DNA of 64,000 nucleotides from a virus (Duplodnaviria; Caudoviricetes), in IMG/VR virus record IMGVR_UViG_3300020048_003360, positions 1 through 64,000 of that record. One strand, 5' to 3'. Below are positions 28,715 through 38,336 of this stretch, piece after piece (position 1 is the stretch's first letter; each line of letters begins with the position of its first letter). The notes beneath the pieces were generated by a model. That model had not been told where the DNA came from and did no database searches. It saw only the letters and a program-made list of their open reading frames with translations. The position numbers were made by a program, and so were the translations under genes.

Positions 28715-30073
28715 CTATAATTGTGCATTTATGTTCTTACAGAATATAAATAATGCACTTCTAGTTACATACCTACTACCAGCTAACCCTTTTTCTTTCA
28801 TAGCCACAAAGTGATGACATTTTAGAATAATACCCTCAATAGTTTTTATACCGGTATCTGTTAAGTACATAATACGCACCATAGCTCCAGGTACTATTAA
28901 ACTAGGTAATGAATTCTCCCAAACTAAACTAATAGTACCACCGCTACGTACCGCTAATTTAGAATATTCTAAAAATGGATTAGCATTAATAGGTAAGGCA
29001 CTCATTGGTACATTATTAATAGAATTGGTTCTGTTGGTGGCTACTATTTCAGTATTATTACCACCCCTACTTACACTAGTTTTATTTTCTACAGTTACAC
29101 CAAAATCAGACATAAATTTATTAGCATCAGAAAATCTAACTCCATTGCCATCATTTAATTGTCGCGCTTCACTATTGTCTTCAAACCGCACATCACCAGT
29201 AGCTAAAATTACAATACTTTTACCATCTTTTCTATAAGTACGCTCTATAGATGGGAACATATGTGGCGGTACATTAATTATGGTTAAAACATTAGTAGCT
29301 TTAGCTATGCGTACTGTATCATAACACGGATAAATATACCAGTGGTCATTTTGTATATAGTACCCTAAACCAGTTGGATATATACCACCACAATTACGAT
29401 GTACATAATCTGGTAAATCAACTAATCTAGTACCTTGTGGTATCAACACATGATCGCGTAATTTATCATTATAGCCTGGTACCATATCTACACCAATCGG
29501 AAGTCTAGCACCATCTACTTTTATTTTTTTTGTTTCATTTGTCATTATTGCTTTTATAACGTCACCGGCCAATACATTTCTGTATATACCACCTACAGTA
29601 ATTAATCTTAATTGTTCTACTGCTTTATTTACTAACTGAAAAGACACTTCTAGTATTCCAGATAAGTTTAATGATTCTCTGGTTGGAGTGAATTTAGAAT
29701 TACCACTAATGACCGGATTTCCAATATCAATTAATGTGGCTGAATACCTTTCTGTCTCTATATATACTTCAGCGTTATTTGAGGTATCTACCTCAAAAAT
29801 TGGTTTACGCATTAATGTTATCTCTAACTGATCTTTGAATGGGTAAATATCTATACCATACATACCAGCTGGTATCATTGCAGTTAGAATAATTTCATCA
29901 GCATACTTACTTTCGTAGTCTTGAGTAAAATCTATCGAGAGTAATTTCAGTGGCTCGTATGTTAATTTTCCGACATGTATTCTAATCGACCAATTAAAAT
30001 GTACTGGATTTGGAGCCGCCATAATAGCTCGTACTTCACGCATTAAGGAACTTTGCTGAAATTCTAACTGCAT
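28715..30073 (-). CDS. Conserved virion structural protein (phiKZ gp101-like, possibly baseplate hub)
   Basis: GGIYPTGLGYYIQ..WYIYP.YD, NDGNGVRF, ANPF; size and position in the collinear block. Confidence 0.55.
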   Translation of the reverse strand: MQLEFQQSSLMREVRAIMAAPNPVHFNWSIRIHVGKLTYEPLKLLSIDFTQDYESKYADEIILTAMIPAGMYGIDIYPFKDQLEITLMRKPIFEVDTSNNAEVYIETERYSATLIDIGNPVISGNSKFTPTRESLNLSGILEVSFQLVNKAVEQLRLITVGGIYRNVLAGDVIKAIMTNETKKIKVDGARLPIGVDMVPGYNDKLRDHVLIPQGTRLVDLPDYVHRNCGGIYPTGLGYYIQNDHWYIYPCYDTVRIAKATNVLTIINVPPHMFPSIERTYRKDGKSIVILATGDVRFEDNSEARQLNDGNGVRFSDANKFMSDFGVTVENKTSVSRGGNNTEIVATNRTNSINNVPMSALPINANPFLEYSKLAVRSGGTISLVWENSLPSLIVPGAMVRIMYLTDTGIKTIEGIILKCHHFVAMKEKGLAGSRYVTRSALFIFCKNINAQL

Positions 30074-30083
30074 TTAATACTCC

Positions 30084-30701
30084 TTATCGCCATTTTTTAG
30101 TAATATCGCCAGTTGGTGTAGTAGATATAAAACTACTAGCCATCGATACACGTTCTGGTAATTTCTTTTCTTCAATTGGATTAATAGTAGTTGCTTCTGA
30201 CTTAAGTGGTAAAAGAATATTTTCTCTAGTTACATTTAATACATTAGATATCTGTCTACTTAGAATTGAATCTACGTACGATGGATCTAATATAGTTACC
30301 GCATGTTGGTAAACCACACTAGCGAATTTATCTAATAGTAATAAATCTTCAATTGGAGCATCTCTTACATGAAAGCTAGTGCTTAATCTAGTTTTCCATG
30401 CATTTAAGTGATCACTAATCCGATCATAAATCTCTTTGGTATCTACATAATTCACAACGTGTACAGTAACACCCTGTTTAAAGTATTCTGCCATTTGATT
30501 AATACTTAACATCCTAATGACTAATTCATTAGCTGTCTCTAAATCGTTTCTACTATCGCCTGATGCTGGAGAGCCAAAAATACGAATATAATCTATAGTC
30601 ATAGATTCGATATTTTTAACTCTACACATAAAAAGTTTTTTAAAAATAAAATAACTACTATCTTGATTACTAGGTGGTGTCCAAGTAGCACTTGCAACCA
30701 T
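30084..30701 (-). CDS. Conserved hypothetical protein (phiKZ gp100-like)
   Basis: IFG.P.SGD...D...TI.QMAEYF..GV.V...D..EIY..I..HL..W, plus synteny. Confidence 0.55.
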   Translation of the reverse strand: MVASATWTPPSNQDSSYFIFKKLFMCRVKNIESMTIDYIRIFGSPASGDSRNDLETANELVIRMLSINQMAEYFKQGVTVHVVNYVDTKEIYDRISDHLNAWKTRLSTSFHVRDAPIEDLLLLDKFASVVYQHAVTILDPSYVDSILSRQISNVLNVTRENILLPLKSEATTINPIEEKKLPERVSMASSFISTTPTGDITKKWR

Positions 30702-30703
30702 AA

Positions 30704-32083
30704 TTAGATACTCCTAATACTAGCTTTAATCAGAACTAATAATATTACATGATAATAAAACTGTTCTAATCTACCCCATGAATGAGCTGCATTACAAAGA
30801 GCTAGTAAATATTCTAGATTAATTGTTTTATCTTCTAAATAATCCATAACACAAAGTTCTAAAATAGACATATTTTCTCTATCTTTGGTATAGAACTTTT
30901 CAGATAAAACATAGTACTTATCATTAAGTACTTCATCAATTAGGGTGTTGTTTGGTAGAGTTAGACCTTGATATTCATTATCACTAATTAACTCACTTAG
31001 ATCTCTAATTGGTGATGGGAGTTTTATTATGCTGTCGTTATAAATCGGTTTAATTGATCTATACGATTCATAATCAACATCTAAAATTGGATCTAGTGGA
31101 TATACTACTAATTCTACTCCTGAATGAAAAATACCCTCTAACATTGGATTTCTAGTAAAAGACTTAGCTGTTACTAAACCAGATTGTTTAAAACAATATT
31201 TATGCATTCTAATATCTTTACGTTTTAACATATCCCAGATACTAGTAGAATTCATTACCTGATCATCTTGTACGTTCAGTAATCTAATATTTCTTATTTC
31301 AGGAGTATCGTGTACGTTAAAAAAACTCAATACTGCTTTAGTTAAATAATTATCATACGTAGGTAGTGGCTGGCCTGGTAATAATAGTGTTCTATATTCA
31401 ATACTTACAAATGTCTTAAAATATCTTTGTAAAAGATTATAATAATGATCACCTAAATCTTTAATTATTTTATATTCACTAAGATGTAATAGTGGATTTT
31501 GACCATGTGCTAAAAAATCTTTTACATAAATTACGGTATCTACTACTTTGGCGTCTATGTCACTTACACGTACTACAAAAGCATCTTGGTTAGCTGATGT
31601 TTCTAATAATACATATTCGATGGAATAAGCTGTATTTTTGAATATAGTTTTACGTTCAGAAATAGTAATTCTAAAGATACCTGAGGCTCCATCTCCCATA
31701 TCGCCAATAAATACATCACCTACATTAGGCACCACTGTCATGGCATAGATTGTAGCCCCTCCAGTGCCCTTAATTGAGCCCGTAGTTGTATCTTGAGTAT
31801 ATGTTAAGGGTGTGTTTACTTTCAGCTCTAAATCGCGTATACGGACATATTGTTGATATATCGGATCTACGCCATTTGCCTGGCCTACTAGTGCAGAATC
31901 TGTAGTTAAAACTTGAGAATAATAATCTACAGTATAACTAGAGCCTTCTACATGAACTAGTAAATTAGATACTGGATTATATTCACTATCAACAGCAATT
32001 GATTGATATTCTTTTGTAGTTACCGTTATTGCTGGTTGTGTGGGAATAATTGGATATTCTGTTATTGGATTAACTATAGGCAT
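30704..32083 (-). CDS. Virion structural protein (phiKZ gp99-like)
   Basis: LLVHVEGSSYTVDYYSQ, VVPNVGDVFIGDMGDG..GIF, plus synteny. Confidence 0.55.
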   Translation of the reverse strand: MPIVNPITEYPIIPTQPAITVTTKEYQSIAVDSEYNPVSNLLVHVEGSSYTVDYYSQVLTTDSALVGQANGVDPIYQQYVRIRDLELKVNTPLTYTQDTTTGSIKGTGGATIYAMTVVPNVGDVFIGDMGDGASGIFRITISERKTIFKNTAYSIEYVLLETSANQDAFVVRVSDIDAKVVDTVIYVKDFLAHGQNPLLHLSEYKIIKDLGDHYYNLLQRYFKTFVSIEYRTLLLPGQPLPTYDNYLTKAVLSFFNVHDTPEIRNIRLLNVQDDQVMNSTSIWDMLKRKDIRMHKYCFKQSGLVTAKSFTRNPMLEGIFHSGVELVVYPLDPILDVDYESYRSIKPIYNDSIIKLPSPIRDLSELISDNEYQGLTLPNNTLIDEVLNDKYYVLSEKFYTKDRENMSILELCVMDYLEDKTINLEYLLALCNAAHSWGRLEQFYYHVILLVLIKASIRSI

Positions 32084-33639
32084 CTTAAATCCTTCATTGG
32101 GTTAGCTAGAATCATTAAAGTTTCTACAGTTCTCATCAGTGGTGCTCTACCAGTAATATTATTGAGTATATTAATTACATTGGTCATAGACTCACGCGTA
32201 ATGTAGTTATTACCTAGTATTGGTGGTAAGTTATTATTAGTTTTTAATGTGGGATCTATAAAATCCAATACAACTAATGCTGCATCACCATGCTTACGCA
32301 ATCTATCTATAGCTGCTTGATTTATTGTAGTTAGGTCTCTTTGTACAGATAGTCTAATATGGTAATATTTACGTAATGATAAGACGTATGTGGAATATAC
32401 ATTCAGATCACTATCCACTATAAGAGCGTCTGCGTCTAATAATAGCGATCCCCTATACATGCTCAATGAAAAAATACTAAGACCTGGTTTAGTTAAATAT
32501 GGACCTTCATCAATTAAAAAGTCTAATACTGCTGGATTTAAACTATATTCACCTAATTCTCTTAAAGATAGTAGTTTATGCGGGTCATTTAGATCCACAC
32601 TAATCAATGCTGTAAACACCCTATCTGTTCCAGGAATAGTACCATTTGGTACAAATTCATCATAGCTGGGAATTGATACTCCAGACCATCCATTTAAAGC
32701 CCATAGTCTAGCTGTTTCATTATTCTTTTCAAAATGATAAAATAACTCACTAGATAAACTAAAACCAAACTCTTTACCTTCTAATGGATCTAACTTATCA
32801 GTTAGTGGATTATTTCTATAATTCTGAGGTAATAGTTGATTATGTATCATCAAGGGATAACGCATTGTACATGCTAGTGGTTTTTCATATTTAAACTTAT
32901 ATGCAAATCCAATAGTCCATGCATCGGCATCATCTTCTTTAGAACTCTTTTCTGGCACTAAGTCAAAGTCAAAGTGACCTATAATTCTAATCTGAGACTC
33001 TACAATGGCCCATGCTGCTCGTGTACCTGCTTGGGTGGTCATTACTGTAGCTCTGTTAGTAAAGCCTGTCTTTAGGTACTCATTGAGCTCCACACCATAT
33101 CCATCTACATTTTCCATTAGACGATGTATTTCTTTTATTATTATTAAGAATTCTAATGGTACTAAATAATGATAATCCACCTTATGGATTCTTTGATCCC
33201 AATTCATAGAGACTCTAGTTTTAATATAGTTTCTCCAGGACTCTGCCTTAGGTCTATCTGATGCACGATATTTAAAGTTTATAGTTACTTCACTACTAGA
33301 ATAGATAGGACGTAAACTTACCTCAACATTATCGTCTCTGAATATAAATGTATTTTCTACTCTATAGTTAGCAGTAGATAATATACGATCCATCTCATAG
33401 TCTTCTTCTACTTCAATAAAGACTCTATCACTATATGGATTGGTAGTGATACCTGGCTGCTGGGTAATCTTACTGATATCTGAACCAGGTTGCTGCATTG
33501 TATCTAGGTCACCTGGAAAAGAAATAAATGTAGATTCTGGTATATTAGTAAGATCGAATAAATCTTTAATTATACCATGTACTATTGGTCTAGATACACT
33601 TAGTTGCGTATCAGATATATTTAAGAATAGATTTGGCAT
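32074..33639 (-). CDS. Virion structural protein (phiKZ gp98-like)
   Basis: SVSRPIV..IIKDL, FAYKFKYEKP, KYYHIRLS, plus synteny. Confidence 0.55.
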   Translation of the reverse strand: MPNLFLNISDTQLSVSRPIVHGIIKDLFDLTNIPESTFISFPGDLDTMQQPGSDISKITQQPGITTNPYSDRVFIEVEEDYEMDRILSTANYRVENTFIFRDDNVEVSLRPIYSSSEVTINFKYRASDRPKAESWRNYIKTRVSMNWDQRIHKVDYHYLVPLEFLIIIKEIHRLMENVDGYGVELNEYLKTGFTNRATVMTTQAGTRAAWAIVESQIRIIGHFDFDLVPEKSSKEDDADAWTIGFAYKFKYEKPLACTMRYPLMIHNQLLPQNYRNNPLTDKLDPLEGKEFGFSLSSELFYHFEKNNETARLWALNGWSGVSIPSYDEFVPNGTIPGTDRVFTALISVDLNDPHKLLSLRELGEYSLNPAVLDFLIDEGPYLTKPGLSIFSLSMYRGSLLLDADALIVDSDLNVYSTYVLSLRKYYHIRLSVQRDLTTINQAAIDRLRKHGDAALVVLDFIDPTLKTNNNLPPILGNNYITRESMTNVINILNNITGRAPLMRTVETLMILANPMKDLRCL

Positions 33640-33692
33640 TATAATGCTCCTAAGTGATCATATTAAATGCCATTGATTTAAAATTATACGGC

Positions 33693-33726
33693 ATAATAGC
33701 CACTGAGTTTCCCCAGTGGCTATTAT
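33693..33726 (-). terminator. Stem-loop followed by TATGCCG; candidate late-promoter TATG at 33659-33662
   Basis: ataatagccactg-agtttccc-cagtggctattat, with cggcata at 33689-33695. Confidence 0.75.
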
Positions 33727-33747
33727 AATTTAATACACTAAATCAGA

Positions 33748-35232
33748 TTACTTATCGCCCTTGGTGTAGGTAGCGAGTGATTTAGATGAAACCATACAGA
33801 TTGCATTGATTTCAGTGATGGCGTACTTGAAGAAAGACATGGTAGGACTAGATGCCCACTTAGCAAATGACGTGTTGGTGTTGATCATGGCGCGGTAAGC
33901 AGGAACTGAAGCTTGCTCGGCCTTGCCTTCATGATCATCTTTATCAACAGACCTATCCTTAATCTTATTCATGGCAGATTCAGCTTTATCAGCAGCTTTC
34001 TTAAGCTTTTCTTTAGTAGAGGTAATTTTATTAAAATTAGAACTACGTTTGAACTCTTCTAGAACATCGAGTAGTTTTAGCATCTTACCACACATGTCTT
34101 CGATATCGCTAGCATCAAAAGCTTTAATTTCAAAGCTATCTTTTAAAGTACCAGGATTGGTCTTAACATCAGTTAGTCTGATTTCAAAATTAGCTTTTGT
34201 ACTTACACCACCTACATGAACAATACCACCAGCACTCGCTAATACAGTAGTGGTGGTGTCTTCAATATTTTTCTTAGCACGATATTCTAACACAACACTA
34301 CCTAACATATCGTTACCAAGTTTTGTAGTGTAGCCAGTAATACGACCATCGACAGAGGTACTAGGACCACCATCACTCAGTTTAGCATCTTCTAATACTT
34401 TAGTCATTTTGGTAACTGCTGGGCCTGGTGCAGATGGTTCAAAATCAGCAATAGCTCCAGCCATATCTTCACCTAGCTTAACTAGCTTGGTAGCATATGT
34501 TTTATAAACCCACTTAGCTTGAGTACTAATTTCTTCAATACCAGCTGACAAAGCACTGGCAGTCGTTACTGGCTGATAGTTTTTAGACAGAGCACCGACA
34601 GAACTACTAATAGTAATTTTTTCTTTACCTGGACGCTTACCATCGGACTGTAGTTCATCAGCACGTTTCTTAATGGCCTCTACTTTACGACGAAGCATAG
34701 GAATGGTACCAAAGATCTTGTAGAAGAACTTTTCGATTTTAGCCCAGATATCTTTTAGGAATTTCTTAATGGCTTCCCAGATATTACGAGCGGTTTCACG
34801 AATACCTTCAGTAGCGATGCGATGACCGATATAGCGAGATTCGGTAACAACATTACCAGCTTCACCAGAAACTTCAATCTGAAGAGGAACAACAGTTTCA
34901 GGAATAATTTCTTCAGACTCAACATCAGTACCAGCAACAGCCATGTCGGCAACAGTACGGATTAGAGCAACTTCTTCAGGAGAAGCTTCATCAATACCGT
35001 CAGCAACAACAGCTAGATCTTCTAGAGAATCGGAGATCTGTTCCATACGGAAACATTCCATGATGGCCTCAGGAACTTCAACAGCTAGTTCATCAGCTTC
35101 AGCTAGATTAGCAACACCAGCGTCGTCAGCAGCAGCTACTGCATCTGGGTTAGTTTCGTCAACGGGAGTGCCATCTTCTTCCATAGCATAAGAACCGTAG
35201 CCACTCTGTGCAACATTCATAAATTTACGCAT
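33748..35232 (-). CDS. Inner-head (inner body/ejection) protein, phiKZ gp93-97 paralogue family
   Basis: Acidic propeptide, then RIATE|GIRETARNIWEAIKKFLKDIWAKIEKFF. This fits the known S/A/G-x-E prohead protease cleavage followed by an amphipathic helix. Confidence 0.75.
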   Translation of the reverse strand: MRKFMNVAQSGYGSYAMEEDGTPVDETNPDAVAAADDAGVANLAEADELAVEVPEAIMECFRMEQISDSLEDLAVVADGIDEASPEEVALIRTVADMAVAGTDVESEEIIPETVVPLQIEVSGEAGNVVTESRYIGHRIATEGIRETARNIWEAIKKFLKDIWAKIEKFFYKIFGTIPMLRRKVEAIKKRADELQSDGKRPGKEKITISSSVGALSKNYQPVTTASALSAGIEEISTQAKWVYKTYATKLVKLGEDMAGAIADFEPSAPGPAVTKMTKVLEDAKLSDGGPSTSVDGRITGYTTKLGNDMLGSVVLEYRAKKNIEDTTTTVLASAGGIVHVGGVSTKANFEIRLTDVKTNPGTLKDSFEIKAFDASDIEDMCGKMLKLLDVLEEFKRSSNFNKITSTKEKLKKAADKAESAMNKIKDRSVDKDDHEGKAEQASVPAYRAMINTNTSFAKWASSPTMSFFKYAITEINAICMVSSKSLATYTKGDK

Positions 35233-35269
35233 TTTGAATTACCTTTTCAATATATTGAATTGTTTGTTT

Positions 35270-35303
35270 ATACAGTCTACTAAATCGATTTAGTAGACTG
35301 TAT
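35270..35303. terminator. Perfect 34-bp palindrome
   Basis: atacagtctactaaatcgatttagtagactgtat, followed by gccg on the plus strand. Confidence 0.75.
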
Positions 35304-35313
35304 GCCGAGTAGA

Positions 35314-36651
35314 TTACTCGTAGTGCTTAAGGGATTGCTCACAATATGATAGAGCAGCTTGACCAGTCTTCAAAGGATAGGTACTAGCACTAACGAAAGT
35401 GTTCAATACGAAGCCTTTAATGTTATCAAGAGCACTACGGGCAAATTTACCATGATCTTTTTCAGCCTGATCTTTGGTAGCGTCGGCACTTTCAGCATCT
35501 ACAGTATTGTCGGCGTTCTTAGCCATCTTTTCAGCGGCGCTAACAACTTTTTTAAGAAGCTGATCTAGCTTATCTTGAGTTTTCTTAAAGTCAACTAAGA
35601 TTTCAGCAATCTTACCAACCGCCTCAGCAGTACTTTCAACTTCATCTACAGTAAGTGTAGTGAGAGATTCTTTAGTTGGCTTTTTACCGCCATCAGCCAT
35701 AAAGCCTCTCTTTACTTTGCCAAAAGCACTTAGTTGTTCAAGACCGGTAGTTCCAGACTTCGTTGGTAGACGCTCAGCCCATACAAATCCACCCAATAGT
35801 GATTCAGTAGATTCCCACACCATATCGCCACCATCTACATTAGTCTTACTAAATTCATCAGATGGTTTTTTAATAGTAGTAACCATTTTAGCTACAACAC
35901 CAATAGAGTTATTATCACCTGGGGTCTCCACAGCAGTAATAATCTGCTCACCTTGAGCTACCATTTCATTAGCTTTTGTATCTAAGATAATCTTAGCAAT
36001 ACCTTCAATAGCTGTAAGACTAGTCTTAAGTTTGGCAGCCGATACTTCATTACCAACATAAAGACTCTTAACTAGACCGGCATTATCAAAAGTTTTGTCT
36101 TTCACTTTCTTAGAACGATAATCGTCAGCAGATTTTGCAATTGCTTCAGCACGCTTCTTCATTGACTCAGCAGCACCAAACAGCTTACGTAGGTGTCCAG
36201 TAGCCCAAGCAATAATCTTCTTATAGGCTTTTACGATATATTCCCAAAGCTCTTTAGCCTTTTCTTTGATGCCTTCCATAGCTAACTGAGTGGCACCAAT
36301 ACGAGTAGAAGAACCACCAAAGGACTCTAGACTGGGCATGGCTTTAGCACGTAGACCAACTCGATCATACATGTACTGGGTAGCAATACCAACTACTTGA
36401 GCTGAATATTTATCCATACCACCGTTTTTAGCGGAGATAGCTAGGGCGTCGGAGATGGATTCTAGGGCTTCAACAACCTCAACACCTTCATTAATGTCGG
36501 CAGCAATGTCATCGCCATCAACAGTGCTTTCCGTAACTTCAGCTTCAGCTTCAGCAGCTTCTACGGAAGCAGGTGCAGTGGTTTCGGCAACAACTTCGGA
36601 ACTACCTTCTTCTTCTAGTGACACTACGCCACGATTACTATATCTACGCAT
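35314..36651 (-). CDS. Inner-head protein, same paralogue family
   Basis: Likely start ATG 36651 (MRRYSN). Contains VSLE, ALE, PSLE and LAME|GIKEKAKELWEYIVKAYKKIIAW. Confidence 0.75.
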   Translation of the reverse strand: MRRYSNRGVVSLEEEGSSEVVAETTAPASVEAAEAEAEVTESTVDGDDIAADINEGVEVVEALESISDALAISAKNGGMDKYSAQVVGIATQYMYDRVGLRAKAMPSLESFGGSSTRIGATQLAMEGIKEKAKELWEYIVKAYKKIIAWATGHLRKLFGAAESMKKRAEAIAKSADDYRSKKVKDKTFDNAGLVKSLYVGNEVSAAKLKTSLTAIEGIAKIILDTKANEMVAQGEQIITAVETPGDNNSIGVVAKMVTTIKKPSDEFSKTNVDGGDMVWESTESLLGGFVWAERLPTKSGTTGLEQLSAFGKVKRGFMADGGKKPTKESLTTLTVDEVESTAEAVGKIAEILVDFKKTQDKLDQLLKKVVSAAEKMAKNADNTVDAESADATKDQAEKDHGKFARSALDNIKGFVLNTFVSASTYPLKTGQAALSYCEQSLKHYE

Positions 36652-36681
36652 TTTAAATTTTCCTTGCAAGGATTAAAAAAG

Positions 36682-36699
36682 GTTACTGACGTCAGTAAC
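36682..36699. terminator. Perfect 18-bp palindrome in an intergenic gap
   Basis: gttactgacgtcagtaac. Confidence 0.5.
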
Positions 36700-36734
36700 T
36701 ATATAATTAAGATTACTATTTAACTAGTTTTTAA

Positions 36735-38072
36735 TTAAGTGGCATTAAATAGCATTCTATTGGCTAAGTACATACAATACTTGCTACCTTTTAAAGATCT
36801 AGCAACTTCTTGGGTAGCTGGCGACTGTATAGCGTGTAGTAAATTCATGCTATATTGTTCAATTTGAACGCATACTGACTGAATGGACGCTAGTTCGTTA
36901 GATGAAAAATCACTACTAACTGATTCACTTAACAACAATGTTGCTTTAGTTAGTAGTTCATTTGTATTTGTTATCTTATCACTTAATGATAAATATTTTC
37001 TAATGTTATCGATATATTCAAAACCATAATTAATAACTTTACCTATATCGGCAGTACTGTACTCAATATTAGCACTAAGTACGAAATCAATGTACGAGGC
37101 AGTAACGCTAACTTGAGTCGCTACTTTCATAGCAGTACGACGTTTACTAAAGGTCTCCGTAACTACTCTAGGGGATGCTAAAACAGCTAACTTATCAAAT
37201 GTATTGTTTCCAATAGTAACAGCACTACGTCTAGAACCAGCATCATAGCCTAATCCAATTACTCCCAAAAGCTGTCGGCCTTTAGTATAGTTACCATTAA
37301 AAACATCAGCTGGATGTTTTAATGCTTCTATATTCTTTACTAACTTTTCTATATCTGATATTTTTGATATCTTAGTGCTCTTAACAATACCAGTTAATTT
37401 AGATATCATTGAGAGAATTTCATTTGGATATGTTACTAAAATATATTTAGATATAGTAATATCTTTACTTAATGCATTTACTACATTTCTAGTCTGACCT
37501 GTATCGGTAGCAAAAAAATACCATAACTGATCTAAACTACCTTTATGTGGGCCATTGTTAAATGTAGATTTTTTACTATTATACTCATCATTGGTTTGAT
37601 CTAATTTATTAGTATATTTATTAATCTTACCATCAGTACTTCTAAAAAAATCACTAACAGCATTAATGAAATGTTTACGCCTAATTACCCAAACCTGAAA
37701 CATATTAAAGAGAGTATCTCTAATACCCTCCATAGCAACTATATGTTGCTGCACTATACTTTCATTACGGCATTCCAAACTAACTACCTTAACATCACTA
37801 CTAATTCTCTTTAATTCTTGTTTAGTAGCTAGGTTAATTAAATCAATAGTAGTTTGTGTTGCTACGTTATTAGTTAATAAATTACTAATTTCACACCGAT
37901 ATAATGAAAGAGATTCCATTACTGCATAGTTTTTTTCAGTTTCAGTATAATAGTTTTCGATACCGATATTAGTCTCTGTAATTTCAGTTTCTAAATCATC
38001 AGTTTCCTCAACACTATTACTTATGATTTCTTTATCACTACTGCCCTCTAGGGCCATTCTAAGTAAACTCAT
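36735..38072 (-). CDS. Inner-head protein, same paralogue family
   Basis: MALE, VSLE, IVAME|GIRDTLFNMF...FINAVSDFFRS. Confidence 0.7.
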   Translation of the reverse strand: MSLLRMALEGSSDKEIISNSVEETDDLETEITETNIGIENYYTETEKNYAVMESLSLYRCEISNLLTNNVATQTTIDLINLATKQELKRISSDVKVVSLECRNESIVQQHIVAMEGIRDTLFNMFQVWVIRRKHFINAVSDFFRSTDGKINKYTNKLDQTNDEYNSKKSTFNNGPHKGSLDQLWYFFATDTGQTRNVVNALSKDITISKYILVTYPNEILSMISKLTGIVKSTKISKISDIEKLVKNIEALKHPADVFNGNYTKGRQLLGVIGLGYDAGSRRSAVTIGNNTFDKLAVLASPRVVTETFSKRRTAMKVATQVSVTASYIDFVLSANIEYSTADIGKVINYGFEYIDNIRKYLSLSDKITNTNELLTKATLLLSESVSSDFSSNELASIQSVCVQIEQYSMNLLHAIQSPATQEVARSLKGSKYCMYLANRMLFNAT

Positions 38073-38336
38073 ATTAATGTTCCTTTTCTAATGTAGTTTG
38101 TGTTGCTACGTTATTAGTTAATAAATTACTAATTTCACACCGATATAATGAAAGAGATTCCATTACTGCATAGTTTTTTTCAGTTTCAGTATAATAGTTT
38201 TCGATACCGATATTAGTCTCTGTAATTTCAGTTTCTAAATCATCAGTTTCCTCAACACTATTACTTATGATTTCTTTATCACTACTGCCCTCTAGGGCCA
38301 TTCTAAGTAAACTCATATTAATGTTCCTTTTCTAAT
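37849..38336. repeat. Perfect head-to-tail 244-bp tandem duplication (37849-38092 / 38093-38336)
   Basis: Identical sequence covering the SD and first 75 codons of 36735..38072. Confidence 0.92.
38074..38316 (-). pseudogene. 80-aa truncated copy of the N-terminus of 36735..38072, created by the duplication
   Basis: First 75 aa identical, then LEKEH* read from the duplicated intergenic sequence. Confidence 0.75.
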
